Source: a bacterium (GTDB lineage Bacteria; Auribacterota; UBA3054). Taken from it: a stretch of DNA of 64,000 nt. The position numbers and the translations under genes were made by a program. The notes below the pieces were generated by a model. It worked only from the letters and a program-made list of their open reading frames with translations, had not been told where the DNA came from and did no database searches. Shown one piece after another: positions 39,672-49,391 of this stretch (the first letter of the stretch is position 1; each line of letters begins with the position of its first letter). Location: NCBI GenBank assembly GCA_017557885.1, contig JAFYXV010000007.1, positions 148,620 through 212,619 on the forward strand. The letters are read 5' to 3'.

Positions 39672-41783
39672 ATGCGTAAGATCATTGCCCTATTAGCGCT
39701 TTTCGCGGCCGGGACCCTTCTGGCCGAACCGGGCCTCATCAGGCTCAGGGGAAAAGTCATAGATCCCAAGGCGCCCGTTCTGGCCGCCCTGGGAAAGAGC
39801 GCCTCGACTCCCGATTCCAAAGGGCGCAGCCAGTATATCGTGCAGCCGAAAGCGCTTTTCAAAAACGAGGAGCGGGCTATGATCAGGGAAGCGGGGATAG
39901 TTTTCCTGGGCTTCATTCCTCCAGACGCTTATATCATTCTGGCGGGAGAGAAGGAGCTGGCGGACCTGGAAAAAATGTTCCCTCTGAACTATTGCTGCGA
40001 ATATCTTCCGGAATTCAAGATCGGCGTGTCGGGCACGAAGCTTTTCTCCCTGACCGATCCGGAAACAAAAGTCCAAATCCGTCTTACGGACATCGACGTG
40101 GCGCCGGAGATCCTGGAGTATTTGCAGAGTCTGAGCGTCAGTGACGCGTCCGTCCTGCGTGAAAATCCTCCCGCCTTAAGCGCATCCTTAAATCACGAAA
40201 CGATAATAAAACTCTCGGCCCGCTCGGAAGTCCTGGACATCAGCGAAGTCCATGAGATCATGCTGATGAACGACGCGGCCCGCTCCGCTTCGATGATGAA
40301 CGTCGCGGCGATGAACACTTCTGGATACACCGGGAAAGGCGTGAAGGTCTGCGTGGCGGACACGGGATTGGACAGCGGAGATCTGAACGATATTCACCCT
40401 GATTTCGAAGACAAAAACGTCACCGGCGTTGTCTCCAGCACCAATTCGGGAAGGACGGACTGGAGCGATCTCCACGGGCACGGTACCCATGTGGCGGGAT
40501 CCGCCGTCGGCACCGGAGCCTATTCCGGCGGACAGTATGCCGGCACCGCACCGGACGCGGATCTGTATTTCATCTGCATCGGCGGCGACGGCAGCTCCGT
40601 TTTCCCTCCGGAATTAATCGATATAAAAAACGCTTACAACAGCGGCGCCAGGGTGATGAACAACTCCTGGGGCGCGTATTCCCCCGCCATCTCCGGAGAT
40701 TACACCCAGGATTCGGAGTTTTATGACTCTGTCTGTCATGATCATCCCGACTTTACGATCCTTTTCGCGGCCGGCAACAACAACAAGAAGATCGACACGA
40801 CTGGCAATTGCACTCTGTCAACTCAAGCGGCCTGCAAGAACGTCATAACCGTGGGCGCTTCGGAAAACGACCGCCCGGAATACACGGCTACTTACGGACA
40901 ACTATTCAGCAATGTGGCTGCTCCCTTCAACACCGACCAGGCGGGAAGCCCCCAGGACGGCACGCAGCAGGGCATGGCCTTTTTCAGCAGCCGCGGCCCC
41001 GCAAAAGACGGCCGCGCCAAACCGGACATCGTGGCCCCGGGAACGTTCATCTGGTCCACGGAGTCGCTTTACGACAGCAACAACAACGGCAACCGCAGCA
41101 GCTATTACACCACCATGTTCGGCACCTCCATGGCGACGCCGCTGACTTCCGGCGCCGCGGCGGACGCCGTGCAGTTCCTCAAGGAAGAAGGTTTCAACGC
41201 TCCCTCTTCCTCGCTTGTGAAAGCGCTTCTTATTAACGGCGCCAGGACCATGGGGACGGGGCAGTATGAAGACTACACGGAGATCCCCGACGAGAGCCCG
41301 AACTGCGTCAACGGTTTCGGACACGTGAACCTTTCCGAAAGTTTTTCTCCCTCAAACGGCAATCTTTTCCTTTACGAGGGAAGCATCAGCGACACCGACG
41401 ATGAAAAGACTTACGTTTTCAGTAAGGCCGACGCCGGACCAATTTCCGCCACGCTGGTCTGGAACGATCCTCCCGGTACTGTCGGCGCGGCGCAGGCACT
41501 GGTGAACGACCTTGACATCGCCGTAAAGTGCGGAAATTACACTTTCTACTGCGACGGCTCTCCGGATCACTGCGACTCCCTTAATAATGTCGAACGTTAC
41601 CGCGAAAGCGAATTCCCGTCTGGCAGCAACATAGAGGTAACAGTCAAAGGCTACAACGTCATGGACGGCCCGCAAACGTTTTCCCTCGTTGTCTCCGGAA
41701 TGGACGCAGCCGTGGCCCCGGAACCATCCCTTGCTTTCGCATTTTTATTTTTCGTCCTTTTGCTAGCCCAAAAAAGAAAATAA
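39672..41783 (+). CDS. S8 subtilase (KP-43-like) with PEP-CTERM anchor, paralog 1
   Basis: Signal peptide, propeptide, VADTG / HGTHVAG / FAAGN / GTSMAT, LVWNDPP...LVNDLD beta domain, terminal APEPSLAFAFLFFVLLLAQKRK. Confidence 0.92.
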   Translation: MRKIIALLALFAAGTLLAEPGLIRLRGKVIDPKAPVLAALGKSASTPDSKGRSQYIVQPKALFKNEERAMIREAGIVFLGFIPPDAYIILAGEKELADLEKMFPLNYCCEYLPEFKIGVSGTKLFSLTDPETKVQIRLTDIDVAPEILEYLQSLSVSDASVLRENPPALSASLNHETIIKLSARSEVLDISEVHEIMLMNDAARSASMMNVAAMNTSGYTGKGVKVCVADTGLDSGDLNDIHPDFEDKNVTGVVSSTNSGRTDWSDLHGHGTHVAGSAVGTGAYSGGQYAGTAPDADLYFICIGGDGSSVFPPELIDIKNAYNSGARVMNNSWGAYSPAISGDYTQDSEFYDSVCHDHPDFTILFAAGNNNKKIDTTGNCTLSTQAACKNVITVGASENDRPEYTATYGQLFSNVAAPFNTDQAGSPQDGTQQGMAFFSSRGPAKDGRAKPDIVAPGTFIWSTESLYDSNNNGNRSSYYTTMFGTSMATPLTSGAAADAVQFLKEEGFNAPSSSLVKALLINGARTMGTGQYEDYTEIPDESPNCVNGFGHVNLSESFSPSNGNLFLYEGSISDTDDEKTYVFSKADAGPISATLVWNDPPGTVGAAQALVNDLDIAVKCGNYTFYCDGSPDHCDSLNNVERYRESEFPSGSNIEVTVKGYNVMDGPQTFSLVVSGMDAAVAPEPSLAFAFLFFVLLLAQKRK

Positions 41784-41787
41784 AATC

Positions 41788-43884
41788 ATGAAAAAATCAT
41801 TGTTTCTCTCGCTTTTTCTGATCTCGCTCGCCGTTGTGGCAGACCCCGGTCCCATCAGGCTCAGGGAAAACGTCATCGACGCCAGGAACGCCGGCATACT
41901 CAGCGTGTCTGAAATGAAATGCGCTCCCACAACTCAAAACGAATACCAGTTCATTGTCCAGCCCGCCAAAAACTTCAGCTTTGAGGAAATGCAGGCCGTG
42001 GAGGACATGGGCATCGTCGTAACGGACTTTTTTCCGCCCAACGCCTATCACATGCTGGCGACCATGGAGGAGCTGGAGGATCTGAAAGCGCGATTCGAGA
42101 TCCTTTACGCCGGGGAATATCTTCCGGAATACAAGACCAGCAGCGCCTCCGCCGAAGCCATGTCCATGAAAAGCGCCTCTTTTTCCGCTTTCATAATTCT
42201 CGCTTCCAGTTCAAAATACCATGAAGTGGAAAAGTTCCTCAAGGAAAACGGTGCGACCAGATGCGAGCTTTTCAGCGAGACCGCCGGAATGATCCGGGCA
42301 GACATCAAAAGAGAGCTGGTTCCGAAGCTTACCCGCCTTAGCGCCGTGGTGAACGTCGAGGAAGAGCCTGAGCTTACGATCGACAACGACGTCGCCAAGA
42401 CAGAAGGATTGATGAACGTCGAGGCGGCCAACAATATGGGCTACACCGGCAAAGGCGTGACTGTGTGCATCGCCGACACCGGGTTTGACAGCGGCGATTC
42501 CAAAACCATCCATCCGGATTTCAAGGGGAAAAAGATCACCGGCGTTGTCTGCAGTTACAACACCTCCAGGACGGATTGGAGCGATCTGAACGGGCACGGC
42601 ACCCATGTGGCCGGCTCGGTCTTGGGAAACGGAACGGTGGAGGAAGGCGTGACCGGCATGGCCCCGGACGCCGACGTTTACTTCATCTGCTGCGGCGGAG
42701 CCGGCAACGGAATAGCGGCCCCCGATGAAACGGACGTCAAGGCGGCTTATCAGGCCGGCGCCCGTATCATGAGCAATTCCTACGGAGCCGGCGCTGACGG
42801 CGAATACAACAGCAGCTCCCGCGCCTGGGACCAGATCTGCAGCAGATATCCGGAATACCTGGTGCTTTTCTCCGCCGGCAACAACAACAAAGACATCATA
42901 ACGGAGGACAACTGCACCATCGGTTCGGCCGCCATCGCCAAGAACGTCGTCACGGTGGGCGCCTCCGAGAACTATCGCCCGGACGTGGAGACGACTTATT
43001 CTATTTTTGGCGCGCAGCCCGGCAGCGTCTTCTACGACGACAAAATAGCTTACCCCGCCAACGGCGTCCAGCAGGGGATGATGATGAACTCCAGCAGGGG
43101 TCCCGCCAAGGACGGCCGCATCAAGCCCGACGTCTGCGCCCCCGGCACCCAGGTCAAATCCACGGAATCGCTTTATGACTCCAAGAACAACGGGACAAGG
43201 CTGAGCTACTACACCCACATGTCCGGCACTTCCATGTCCACGCCGCTTGCCGCCGGCGCCTGCGCCGACATCAGGCAGTATCTTATGGAGAATGGCTTTG
43301 AAAAGCCTCCCGCGTCGCTTGTGAAGGCCGTCCTCCTGAACGGAACAAGGTCTATGGGCACCGGGCAATACAGGGCCAACAATGAAATTCCTCCCTACAG
43401 CCCGAACTGCGTGAACGGCTTCGGCCACGTTGACCTGAAGGAAAGCATCGCTCCCGGCTCAGGCCAGCTTTTCGCCATCGAGGACAGCGTTAAAAACACA
43501 GGCGACGAGATCACCTTCGCCTTCGACAAGACCACCCCCGGACCTCTTTGCGTCACTCTGTGCTGGACCGACAAGCAGGGAAGCGTGGGCGCGGAGAGAG
43601 CGCTTATCAACGACCTTGACCTGGTTGTGACCGCCGGCGAGAACACCTACCTTCCCAACAACTTGAGATCCGGCACCGACACCTTGAACGTCGTGGAAAA
43701 AGTCCGCGTGGAGGATTTTCCGCTTTGCGACAATATCGAGGTGATCGTCAAGGCCGCCAACATTATGCGCGGCCCCCAGATCTTCGCCCTGGCGGTTTCC
43801 GGCGTGGACGAACTGGTGCCCGAACCCTCCTTTGCTTTGCTTGCATTTTTAACCATTCTGCTTCTGGGCAGAAAAACCAAATAA
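41788..43884 (+). CDS. S8 subtilase (KP-43-like) with PEP-CTERM anchor, paralog 2
   Basis: IADTG / HGTHVAG / FSAGN / GTSMST; terminal VPEPSFALLAFLTILLLGRKTK. Confidence 0.92.
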   Translation: MKKSLFLSLFLISLAVVADPGPIRLRENVIDARNAGILSVSEMKCAPTTQNEYQFIVQPAKNFSFEEMQAVEDMGIVVTDFFPPNAYHMLATMEELEDLKARFEILYAGEYLPEYKTSSASAEAMSMKSASFSAFIILASSSKYHEVEKFLKENGATRCELFSETAGMIRADIKRELVPKLTRLSAVVNVEEEPELTIDNDVAKTEGLMNVEAANNMGYTGKGVTVCIADTGFDSGDSKTIHPDFKGKKITGVVCSYNTSRTDWSDLNGHGTHVAGSVLGNGTVEEGVTGMAPDADVYFICCGGAGNGIAAPDETDVKAAYQAGARIMSNSYGAGADGEYNSSSRAWDQICSRYPEYLVLFSAGNNNKDIITEDNCTIGSAAIAKNVVTVGASENYRPDVETTYSIFGAQPGSVFYDDKIAYPANGVQQGMMMNSSRGPAKDGRIKPDVCAPGTQVKSTESLYDSKNNGTRLSYYTHMSGTSMSTPLAAGACADIRQYLMENGFEKPPASLVKAVLLNGTRSMGTGQYRANNEIPPYSPNCVNGFGHVDLKESIAPGSGQLFAIEDSVKNTGDEITFAFDKTTPGPLCVTLCWTDKQGSVGAERALINDLDLVVTAGENTYLPNNLRSGTDTLNVVEKVRVEDFPLCDNIEVIVKAANIMRGPQIFALAVSGVDELVPEPSFALLAFLTILLLGRKTK

Positions 43885-43890
43885 ATTACT

Positions 43891-46017
43891 ATGAAAAAAC
43901 TTTCTCTTATCTTTTTCGCAATGGCTGCCGCGGCTGTTTTCGCAAACCCGGGCGTCATTAAACTCAGCGAGTGCACGATCGATCCCTCCGCGGCGAGCGC
44001 TGCAGCCGCTTCCGTTTTTGAATGCGCACCCACGGCCCTGGGCGAATATCAGTTCATCGTGCAGCCTGAAAAGAATTTCAGCGCTCAGGAATTGAAAACG
44101 GCGGAATCGCTGGGCCTGAAAGTGATCGGGCATCTTCCGCCCAATGCTTACATCATGCTGGGAACCAAGGAGGCCTTGGGCAGACTTTGCGAGACCGAGA
44201 AGATACTTTTCTCCACGGAATACCGTCCGGAATACAAGACAGCCTCTTTTTTACGAAACAAAGTTTCCGCCCTTGGGGAAGACGCTTCGGAGATCTCTCT
44301 GCGAATCGTTTCAACGGAAGCGATCGAGAGCGTTAAAGCTTTTCTTTCCGAAAACGGCGCGACGGAGATCGTGACGCTTTCAAAGAATCCTCCCATAGTG
44401 GAAGCCAAGGTCCCATCCTCTCTTGTTGAAAGATTGGCGAAAAGAAGCGATATCCTGAGAATTGGTCCCAAACCGAAATGCCAGATCTTCAACAACGTGG
44501 CCAAGAGCGAAGATTTGATGAGCGTGGAGCCTCTCAACGACCTGGGCTATACGGGAAAAGGCGTGACGGTGGCCATAGCGGACACCGGCCTGGACAGAGG
44601 AAAAACAAGCGGCAATGACAACGAGCTGCACCCTGATTTCCAGGGCAAGCGCATCTCCGGCATCGTGTCCGAATACAACGTTACCCGCGACGCCTGGAAC
44701 GACATTCATGGACACGGCACCCACGTGGCCGGCTCAGCCACCGGCACCGGAAAATTCTACGGCGGAACTTACGCCGGCACTGCTCCTGACGCCAACCTTT
44801 ACATCGTTAACATCGGCGTCAGCAGAAGAGGCGATGTCGTAACGGTCTCGGAAAAGGACTTCCAGTCGGTTTACGATTCGGGAGCACGCGTCATGAACAA
44901 CAGCTGGGGCGGCATGAATCCCGACGAATACGGCGCCTACACCGATTATACGGAATTGCTGGACACCGTGTGCAACGAATATCCCGACATGCTCGTCCTT
45001 TTCGCCGCCGGCAACAACAACGAGAAGATAGATTACGCCAACAACTGCACCATAAGCCCCCAGGCGGTCGCCAAGAACGTTCTGACCGTGGGCGCTTCGG
45101 AAACTTACCGTCCCGCAGTCTCCGAAACCTACGGCACGACCTTCAGCGTAAAAACCAAGCCTTTCAAAGACGATCCCGTGGCTGCCCCCGCAAACGGCAC
45201 CCAGCAGGGCATGGCTTATTTCAGCAGCCGCGGACCAGCAAACGACGAGCGCTTCAAACCCGAGATCGTGGCTCCCGGAACCTATATCGTTTCCACGGAA
45301 TCCGGCGACGATGCGGAGAACGAGTTGTATCTTCAAAGGAGAAGCTATTACACAATCATGTTCGGAACTTCCATGGCCACGCCGCTGACTTCCGGCGCCG
45401 CTGCCATGACGGTCCAGTATCTGAAGGAGAAGGGCTTCGAGAAGCCCTCTTCGGCGCTTTTAAAAGCGGCGCTTATCCACGGCGCCAGGAGCATGGGGAA
45501 CGGCCAGTACGACAGCTATGTGGAGATCCCCGACGATTATCCCAACAGCGTGAACGGCTACGGCCATATCGACATGAAAAGGAGCCTGAGCAACGCCGTG
45601 ATCTTTGTGGAGGGCGTCGTCAGCAATCAGAATGAAAAAGTGACCTATGTCTTTAAGAAAAACGAGATGGGTCCGGTGAAAGTCAACCTGGTCTGGACGG
45701 ACGCTCCGGGCACTCCCGGCGCCGGCACGGAGCTTGTCAACGACCTTGACCTGCAGTTCTTCGACGGGCTTTACACTTATTTCAACGGCGGTCAGATGGT
45801 CCACAACGAATCCACCAACAACAGCGAATATTATCATGATGACGACTGCTACGCCGGCGACAACCTTGAAGTGAGCGTGCACGGCTACAACATGATGACC
45901 TTCCCGCAGACCTTCGCCCTGGCTATTTCCGGCATGGACGAGGGCCCCATACCCGAACCTTCCTTCCTTCTCACCCTCCTTATCCTGGGCGGACTTTTGT
46001 TCACCCGCAAAAAATAA
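43891..46017 (+). CDS. S8 subtilase (KP-43-like) with PEP-CTERM anchor, paralog 3
   Basis: IADTG / HGTHVAG / FAAGN / GTSMAT; terminal IPEPSFLLTLLILGGLLFTRKK. Confidence 0.92.
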   Translation: MKKLSLIFFAMAAAAVFANPGVIKLSECTIDPSAASAAAASVFECAPTALGEYQFIVQPEKNFSAQELKTAESLGLKVIGHLPPNAYIMLGTKEALGRLCETEKILFSTEYRPEYKTASFLRNKVSALGEDASEISLRIVSTEAIESVKAFLSENGATEIVTLSKNPPIVEAKVPSSLVERLAKRSDILRIGPKPKCQIFNNVAKSEDLMSVEPLNDLGYTGKGVTVAIADTGLDRGKTSGNDNELHPDFQGKRISGIVSEYNVTRDAWNDIHGHGTHVAGSATGTGKFYGGTYAGTAPDANLYIVNIGVSRRGDVVTVSEKDFQSVYDSGARVMNNSWGGMNPDEYGAYTDYTELLDTVCNEYPDMLVLFAAGNNNEKIDYANNCTISPQAVAKNVLTVGASETYRPAVSETYGTTFSVKTKPFKDDPVAAPANGTQQGMAYFSSRGPANDERFKPEIVAPGTYIVSTESGDDAENELYLQRRSYYTIMFGTSMATPLTSGAAAMTVQYLKEKGFEKPSSALLKAALIHGARSMGNGQYDSYVEIPDDYPNSVNGYGHIDMKRSLSNAVIFVEGVVSNQNEKVTYVFKKNEMGPVKVNLVWTDAPGTPGAGTELVNDLDLQFFDGLYTYFNGGQMVHNESTNNSEYYHDDDCYAGDNLEVSVHGYNMMTFPQTFALAISGMDEGPIPEPSFLLTLLILGGLLFTRKK

Positions 46018-46029
46018 AAAGCAACAATT

Positions 46030-47151
46030 ATGTGGAAAAACTTATCGATCTTTCTGATCCTTTTCTGCGGACTTGCCTTGGCTGACGCGGTTGATCCCGA
46101 GTTCAAGGTTCAAAACGTCAAGAAGGATTCCATGGATCTGATGCTTTTGGAAAAAGTTCTGAAGGACATGGACGACCCCTTCGACAAGGAGACCGTAAAT
46201 CCCAACGAATCTGAAATCGACGCCCTCATCGACAGCATGATCGGCTCCACCGGCGAAAAGCAGGACAAGATCCCCGGTCTGCCTTTCTCAGGCCCGGGCC
46301 TTCTGACCGGCAAGGTGGTCAACCACAAGGGCGAGCCCATGGCCAACGTCAAGACGCACTTTTTCCGCGCCGAGGACAGCGAGGACTTGAAGTCCATGCT
46401 GACCACCAGAAGGGGAACCTACGCTTATTACGTCACCTCCTCCAATTATTACACTCTGACCGCCCACTTCAAGAACCAGTTCTTTTTCACGAACCTTGTG
46501 CTTCAGCCCGGCTACCGCTATGACGTCAACATCCGCTTTGTGACGCCCATGACGGTTTACGGCAAACTGACGGTGGACGGGGAGGACGCCCAGAAGGGAG
46601 TCTTCCTGCGCCTTATGAGCCCCGAGGGCGCCCAGGCGGGCGGCGTGGTGGTCACCAACGGCCTCTTCCGCATCAGCGACCTCACTCCCGGCCGCTACAC
46701 CATGGTATTGGAGCGCCGCAAGCGTTTCATCGACGAAAGGATCAACGAAGGCCGCTTCTACTATTTCCCCATAACGCTGACCAACGAGGGCGTGAGGATC
46801 TCGGTGGACAGGGACAGGAGAGACCTTTACGGCTATGTTCTGATGGACGGCAATCCCTTGCGCCACCTGGACGCCAGAGTGATCCTGAGGGACGCCAGGT
46901 CCAACGGCATGCTCATCCACATGGAAGCCGACACTTACAGCAAGGAAGGCTTCTACATTTTCAAGCACGTGCAGCCCGGCGTTTATTACCTGGAAGCCTT
47001 GCACGGCGACAAGCGGCTCAGGTCCCAGCGTTCCATGGTCACCGTCAAGCCGAAAGCCAAAAAAGTCAAGACCTTCCTTAACCTGGTCTCCGATCCCTAC
47101 AAGGAAAAGCGGGACATGGAAAACTTGAAACGCCAGTTTACGGAAGACTGA
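46030..47151 (+). CDS. secreted protein with three carboxypeptidase-regulatory-like (CnaB-type) beta domains
   Basis: Signal peptide; LTGKVVN..GEP, VYGKLTVDG...G.F.I..LTPGRY, LYGYVLMDG...G.Y.F..VQPGVY. Confidence 0.7.
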   Translation: MWKNLSIFLILFCGLALADAVDPEFKVQNVKKDSMDLMLLEKVLKDMDDPFDKETVNPNESEIDALIDSMIGSTGEKQDKIPGLPFSGPGLLTGKVVNHKGEPMANVKTHFFRAEDSEDLKSMLTTRRGTYAYYVTSSNYYTLTAHFKNQFFFTNLVLQPGYRYDVNIRFVTPMTVYGKLTVDGEDAQKGVFLRLMSPEGAQAGGVVVTNGLFRISDLTPGRYTMVLERRKRFIDERINEGRFYYFPITLTNEGVRISVDRDRRDLYGYVLMDGNPLRHLDARVILRDARSNGMLIHMEADTYSKEGFYIFKHVQPGVYYLEALHGDKRLRSQRSMVTVKPKAKKVKTFLNLVSDPYKEKRDMENLKRQFTED

Positions 47152-47339
47152 TGGACTCTGAAGAAAGAGATACGGAAGAACTGGAAGTCTTCCGCCACGC
47201 CCGCCGGCGCAGCCGCTACCACGCCATGAAGGCGGAAAAGGCGGAGAAGCAAAAGCAGGCGGCGCTATCTGGGCGCCGGAAAAAAGAGCCCCGGCCGCAT
47301 CCCAAAGACCGCTTCGGCGAGGAGGAGGAACAATGGTAA
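47151..47339 (+). CDS. small highly charged hypothetical protein (62 aa)
   Basis: TGATG coupling to the upstream gene and overlap with the downstream start; fills the gap exactly. Confidence 0.45.
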   Translation: MDSEERDTEELEVFRHARRRSRYHAMKAEKAEKQKQAALSGRRKKEPRPHPKDRFGEEEEQW

Positions 47340-48346
47340 AGAAAGTTTTCTTCCTTTGCGCGGCGCTCTTGATCCTTTCCCTCCTTTCGGGCTGCGACGA
47401 CTCGGCGCTTCTTGACGACGCGTCTGAAGGCCGGACCAACCGTGTCATGGCCACCGTCAACGGCGTCCCCCTGATGTCCGACACGCTGGAGATGTACATC
47501 GCCACCTGGGGCGAAGAGTACGAGAAGAACCATGAGCCGGTCGGTTACGATCTCCTGAAAAGGATGCGGACGCAAAAACTGGAGCAGATGATCAACGAAG
47601 AGCTGGTCAGGCAGCGCCTGAAAGAATGCAGCATGACCGTCAGCGAGGAGGAGATAAAAGCCCACATCTCGAAAATGATCGACGATCTGGGCGGCAGCGA
47701 CAACTTCATCAACTACCTTCAGGAAAGAGGCTACGTGACCCTGGAGGAGCTGGAGAAGAACGTCCGGGAAGACATCCTGGCCATGAAAGTCTTCACCAAA
47801 GACATGGGAATAAAGGAGCCCACGGAGGAAGACGTGAAGAAATGCTACGAGGAGGTCAAGCAGGCCCTGGTGGTGCCTGCCAGGATCTGGCTCTCCCACA
47901 TCCAGGTCTCCTTCGACAAGAGAATGCTCCCGGACGGCTCCAAGGAAGTTTACGCGGACGAATACCTGCGCTACATAAAAGACCAGATAGACCACAAGTA
48001 CATAAGTTTCGGCAAGGCCGCCAGGGAATACTCCTCCTGCCGTTCCTCCCAGCATGACGGCGCGGTTGGCATGATAATGGAAACGGATACCGTGACGGTC
48101 CCCCAGAAGATCCATGACGCGGCTTTCAAACTGGCTGTTTCCAACGTCAGCGACGTGGTGGTCTCGCCGCTCGGCGCGCATCTTCTTTACGTTACCAGAA
48201 GGGAAGAAGCCCACACCAACACCTATGAGGAATCGAAACTTCTGCTTCTGCAGTACCTGGCCAGGGAGGCCTTGGACAAGAACCGCGACGACTGGCTGCT
48301 TTTCCTGCGCAACCGGGCTGACATCCACTACAACGAGATGCCCTGA
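47333..48346 (+). CDS. PrsA/SurA-like parvulin peptidyl-prolyl isomerase, lipoprotein
   Basis: Lipobox LSGC; ATVNG...LEQMINEELV chaperone domain; parvulin motifs SHIQV, FGKAAREYS, SDVVVSPLGAHL. Confidence 0.85.
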   Translation: MVKKVFFLCAALLILSLLSGCDDSALLDDASEGRTNRVMATVNGVPLMSDTLEMYIATWGEEYEKNHEPVGYDLLKRMRTQKLEQMINEELVRQRLKECSMTVSEEEIKAHISKMIDDLGGSDNFINYLQERGYVTLEELEKNVREDILAMKVFTKDMGIKEPTEEDVKKCYEEVKQALVVPARIWLSHIQVSFDKRMLPDGSKEVYADEYLRYIKDQIDHKYISFGKAAREYSSCRSSQHDGAVGMIMETDTVTVPQKIHDAAFKLAVSNVSDVVVSPLGAHLLYVTRREEAHTNTYEESKLLLLQYLAREALDKNRDDWLLFLRNRADIHYNEMP

Positions 48347-48351
48347 ATCTT

Positions 48352-49287
48352 ATGCCCAGCGTCACAGTTGCCGTCATAACCCACAACAGGCGGAAAATCC
48401 TGAAAGAATGCCTTGCTTCCATCTTCGGCGGAACGCTCGTCCCCGATGAAGTGAGAGTTTACGACAACGCCTCTGCGGACGGCACTCTGGAAATGCTCAA
48501 GGAAGAGTTCCCGCAGGTCAAAGTAGTAGAGAACAAAGAAAATTTCGGCCTTTCCTACTGCCACAACCAGGCGCTCAAAAATTTCACCACGGATGCTCTT
48601 CTTCTTCTCGACGACGACAACGAAGTCGCGCCCGACATGCTGGAAAAACTCATGGACAAGCTTTTTTCAGAAGAAAAGCTCGGCATCGTTCTTCCGCTCT
48701 TTATGAACGCCTACGACGATCCCAAGACCGTCTGCTTCTGCGGGGGAGAGACCTCGCTGTGGAGCGGCAGGAATATTTTAAGAAATAAAAATTTCTCCAA
48801 AGAACAGGAAACATATCCGACATACAGAGTCCCCAACGCCACGCTTATAAAAAAAGAAGCGGCCCTTGCGACAGGCCTTATGGACGACCGGCTTTTCTCC
48901 ACCATGGCGGACGAAGACTACTGCCGCCGGATGGCGCTGCATGGCTATCGCGCGGAATTTCTTCTCTCCGCCGTGACCGATCACTTGCAGGAAGTGAAAA
49001 GATCTGACGCCAGAAGGCTGGGCCTCACCAATCCCTTGCAGACTTACATCTTCGCAAGGAACCGCGCCGTTCTGGTAAAACGTTACGGAACGTTGCTGCA
49101 GCTTATCGTCTTCATGCTTTTCTTCCAGCCGCTGTTTCATGTTTACTATCTCTTCAACATGCGGCGCTACGGCGCCCCCAAAAGTTTCAGAAAAGCTTAT
49201 TGGGCGGGGATAGGGGACAGCCTGCGCTATGTTTTCGGCGGCAAGCTCCCTGAGCTTTCCGAGATCCGCCAGCGCTTCGAAGCGTAA
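48352..49287 (+). CDS. glycosyltransferase family 2
   Basis: VAVITHNR, DNASADGT, NFG....N, LLDDD, EDYCRR, C-terminal hydrophobic helix. Confidence 0.88.
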   Translation: MPSVTVAVITHNRRKILKECLASIFGGTLVPDEVRVYDNASADGTLEMLKEEFPQVKVVENKENFGLSYCHNQALKNFTTDALLLLDDDNEVAPDMLEKLMDKLFSEEKLGIVLPLFMNAYDDPKTVCFCGGETSLWSGRNILRNKNFSKEQETYPTYRVPNATLIKKEAALATGLMDDRLFSTMADEDYCRRMALHGYRAEFLLSAVTDHLQEVKRSDARRLGLTNPLQTYIFARNRAVLVKRYGTLLQLIVFMLFFQPLFHVYYLFNMRRYGAPKSFRKAYWAGIGDSLRYVFGGKLPELSEIRQRFEA

Positions 49288-49332
49288 AACGAATTTGAGA
49301 ACAAAAGTCCAGCTTTTGTCCTTAAACATTGC

Positions 49333-49364
49333 AAAAAAACCGTCGGAATAATCCGACGGTTTTT
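49333..49364. terminator. bidirectional intrinsic terminator
   Basis: AAAAAAACCGTCGGA-ATAA-TCCGACGGTTTTT between convergent operons. Confidence 0.85.
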
Positions 49365-49391
49365 ATATTGCTGCGGCGTTACATTCACGGC

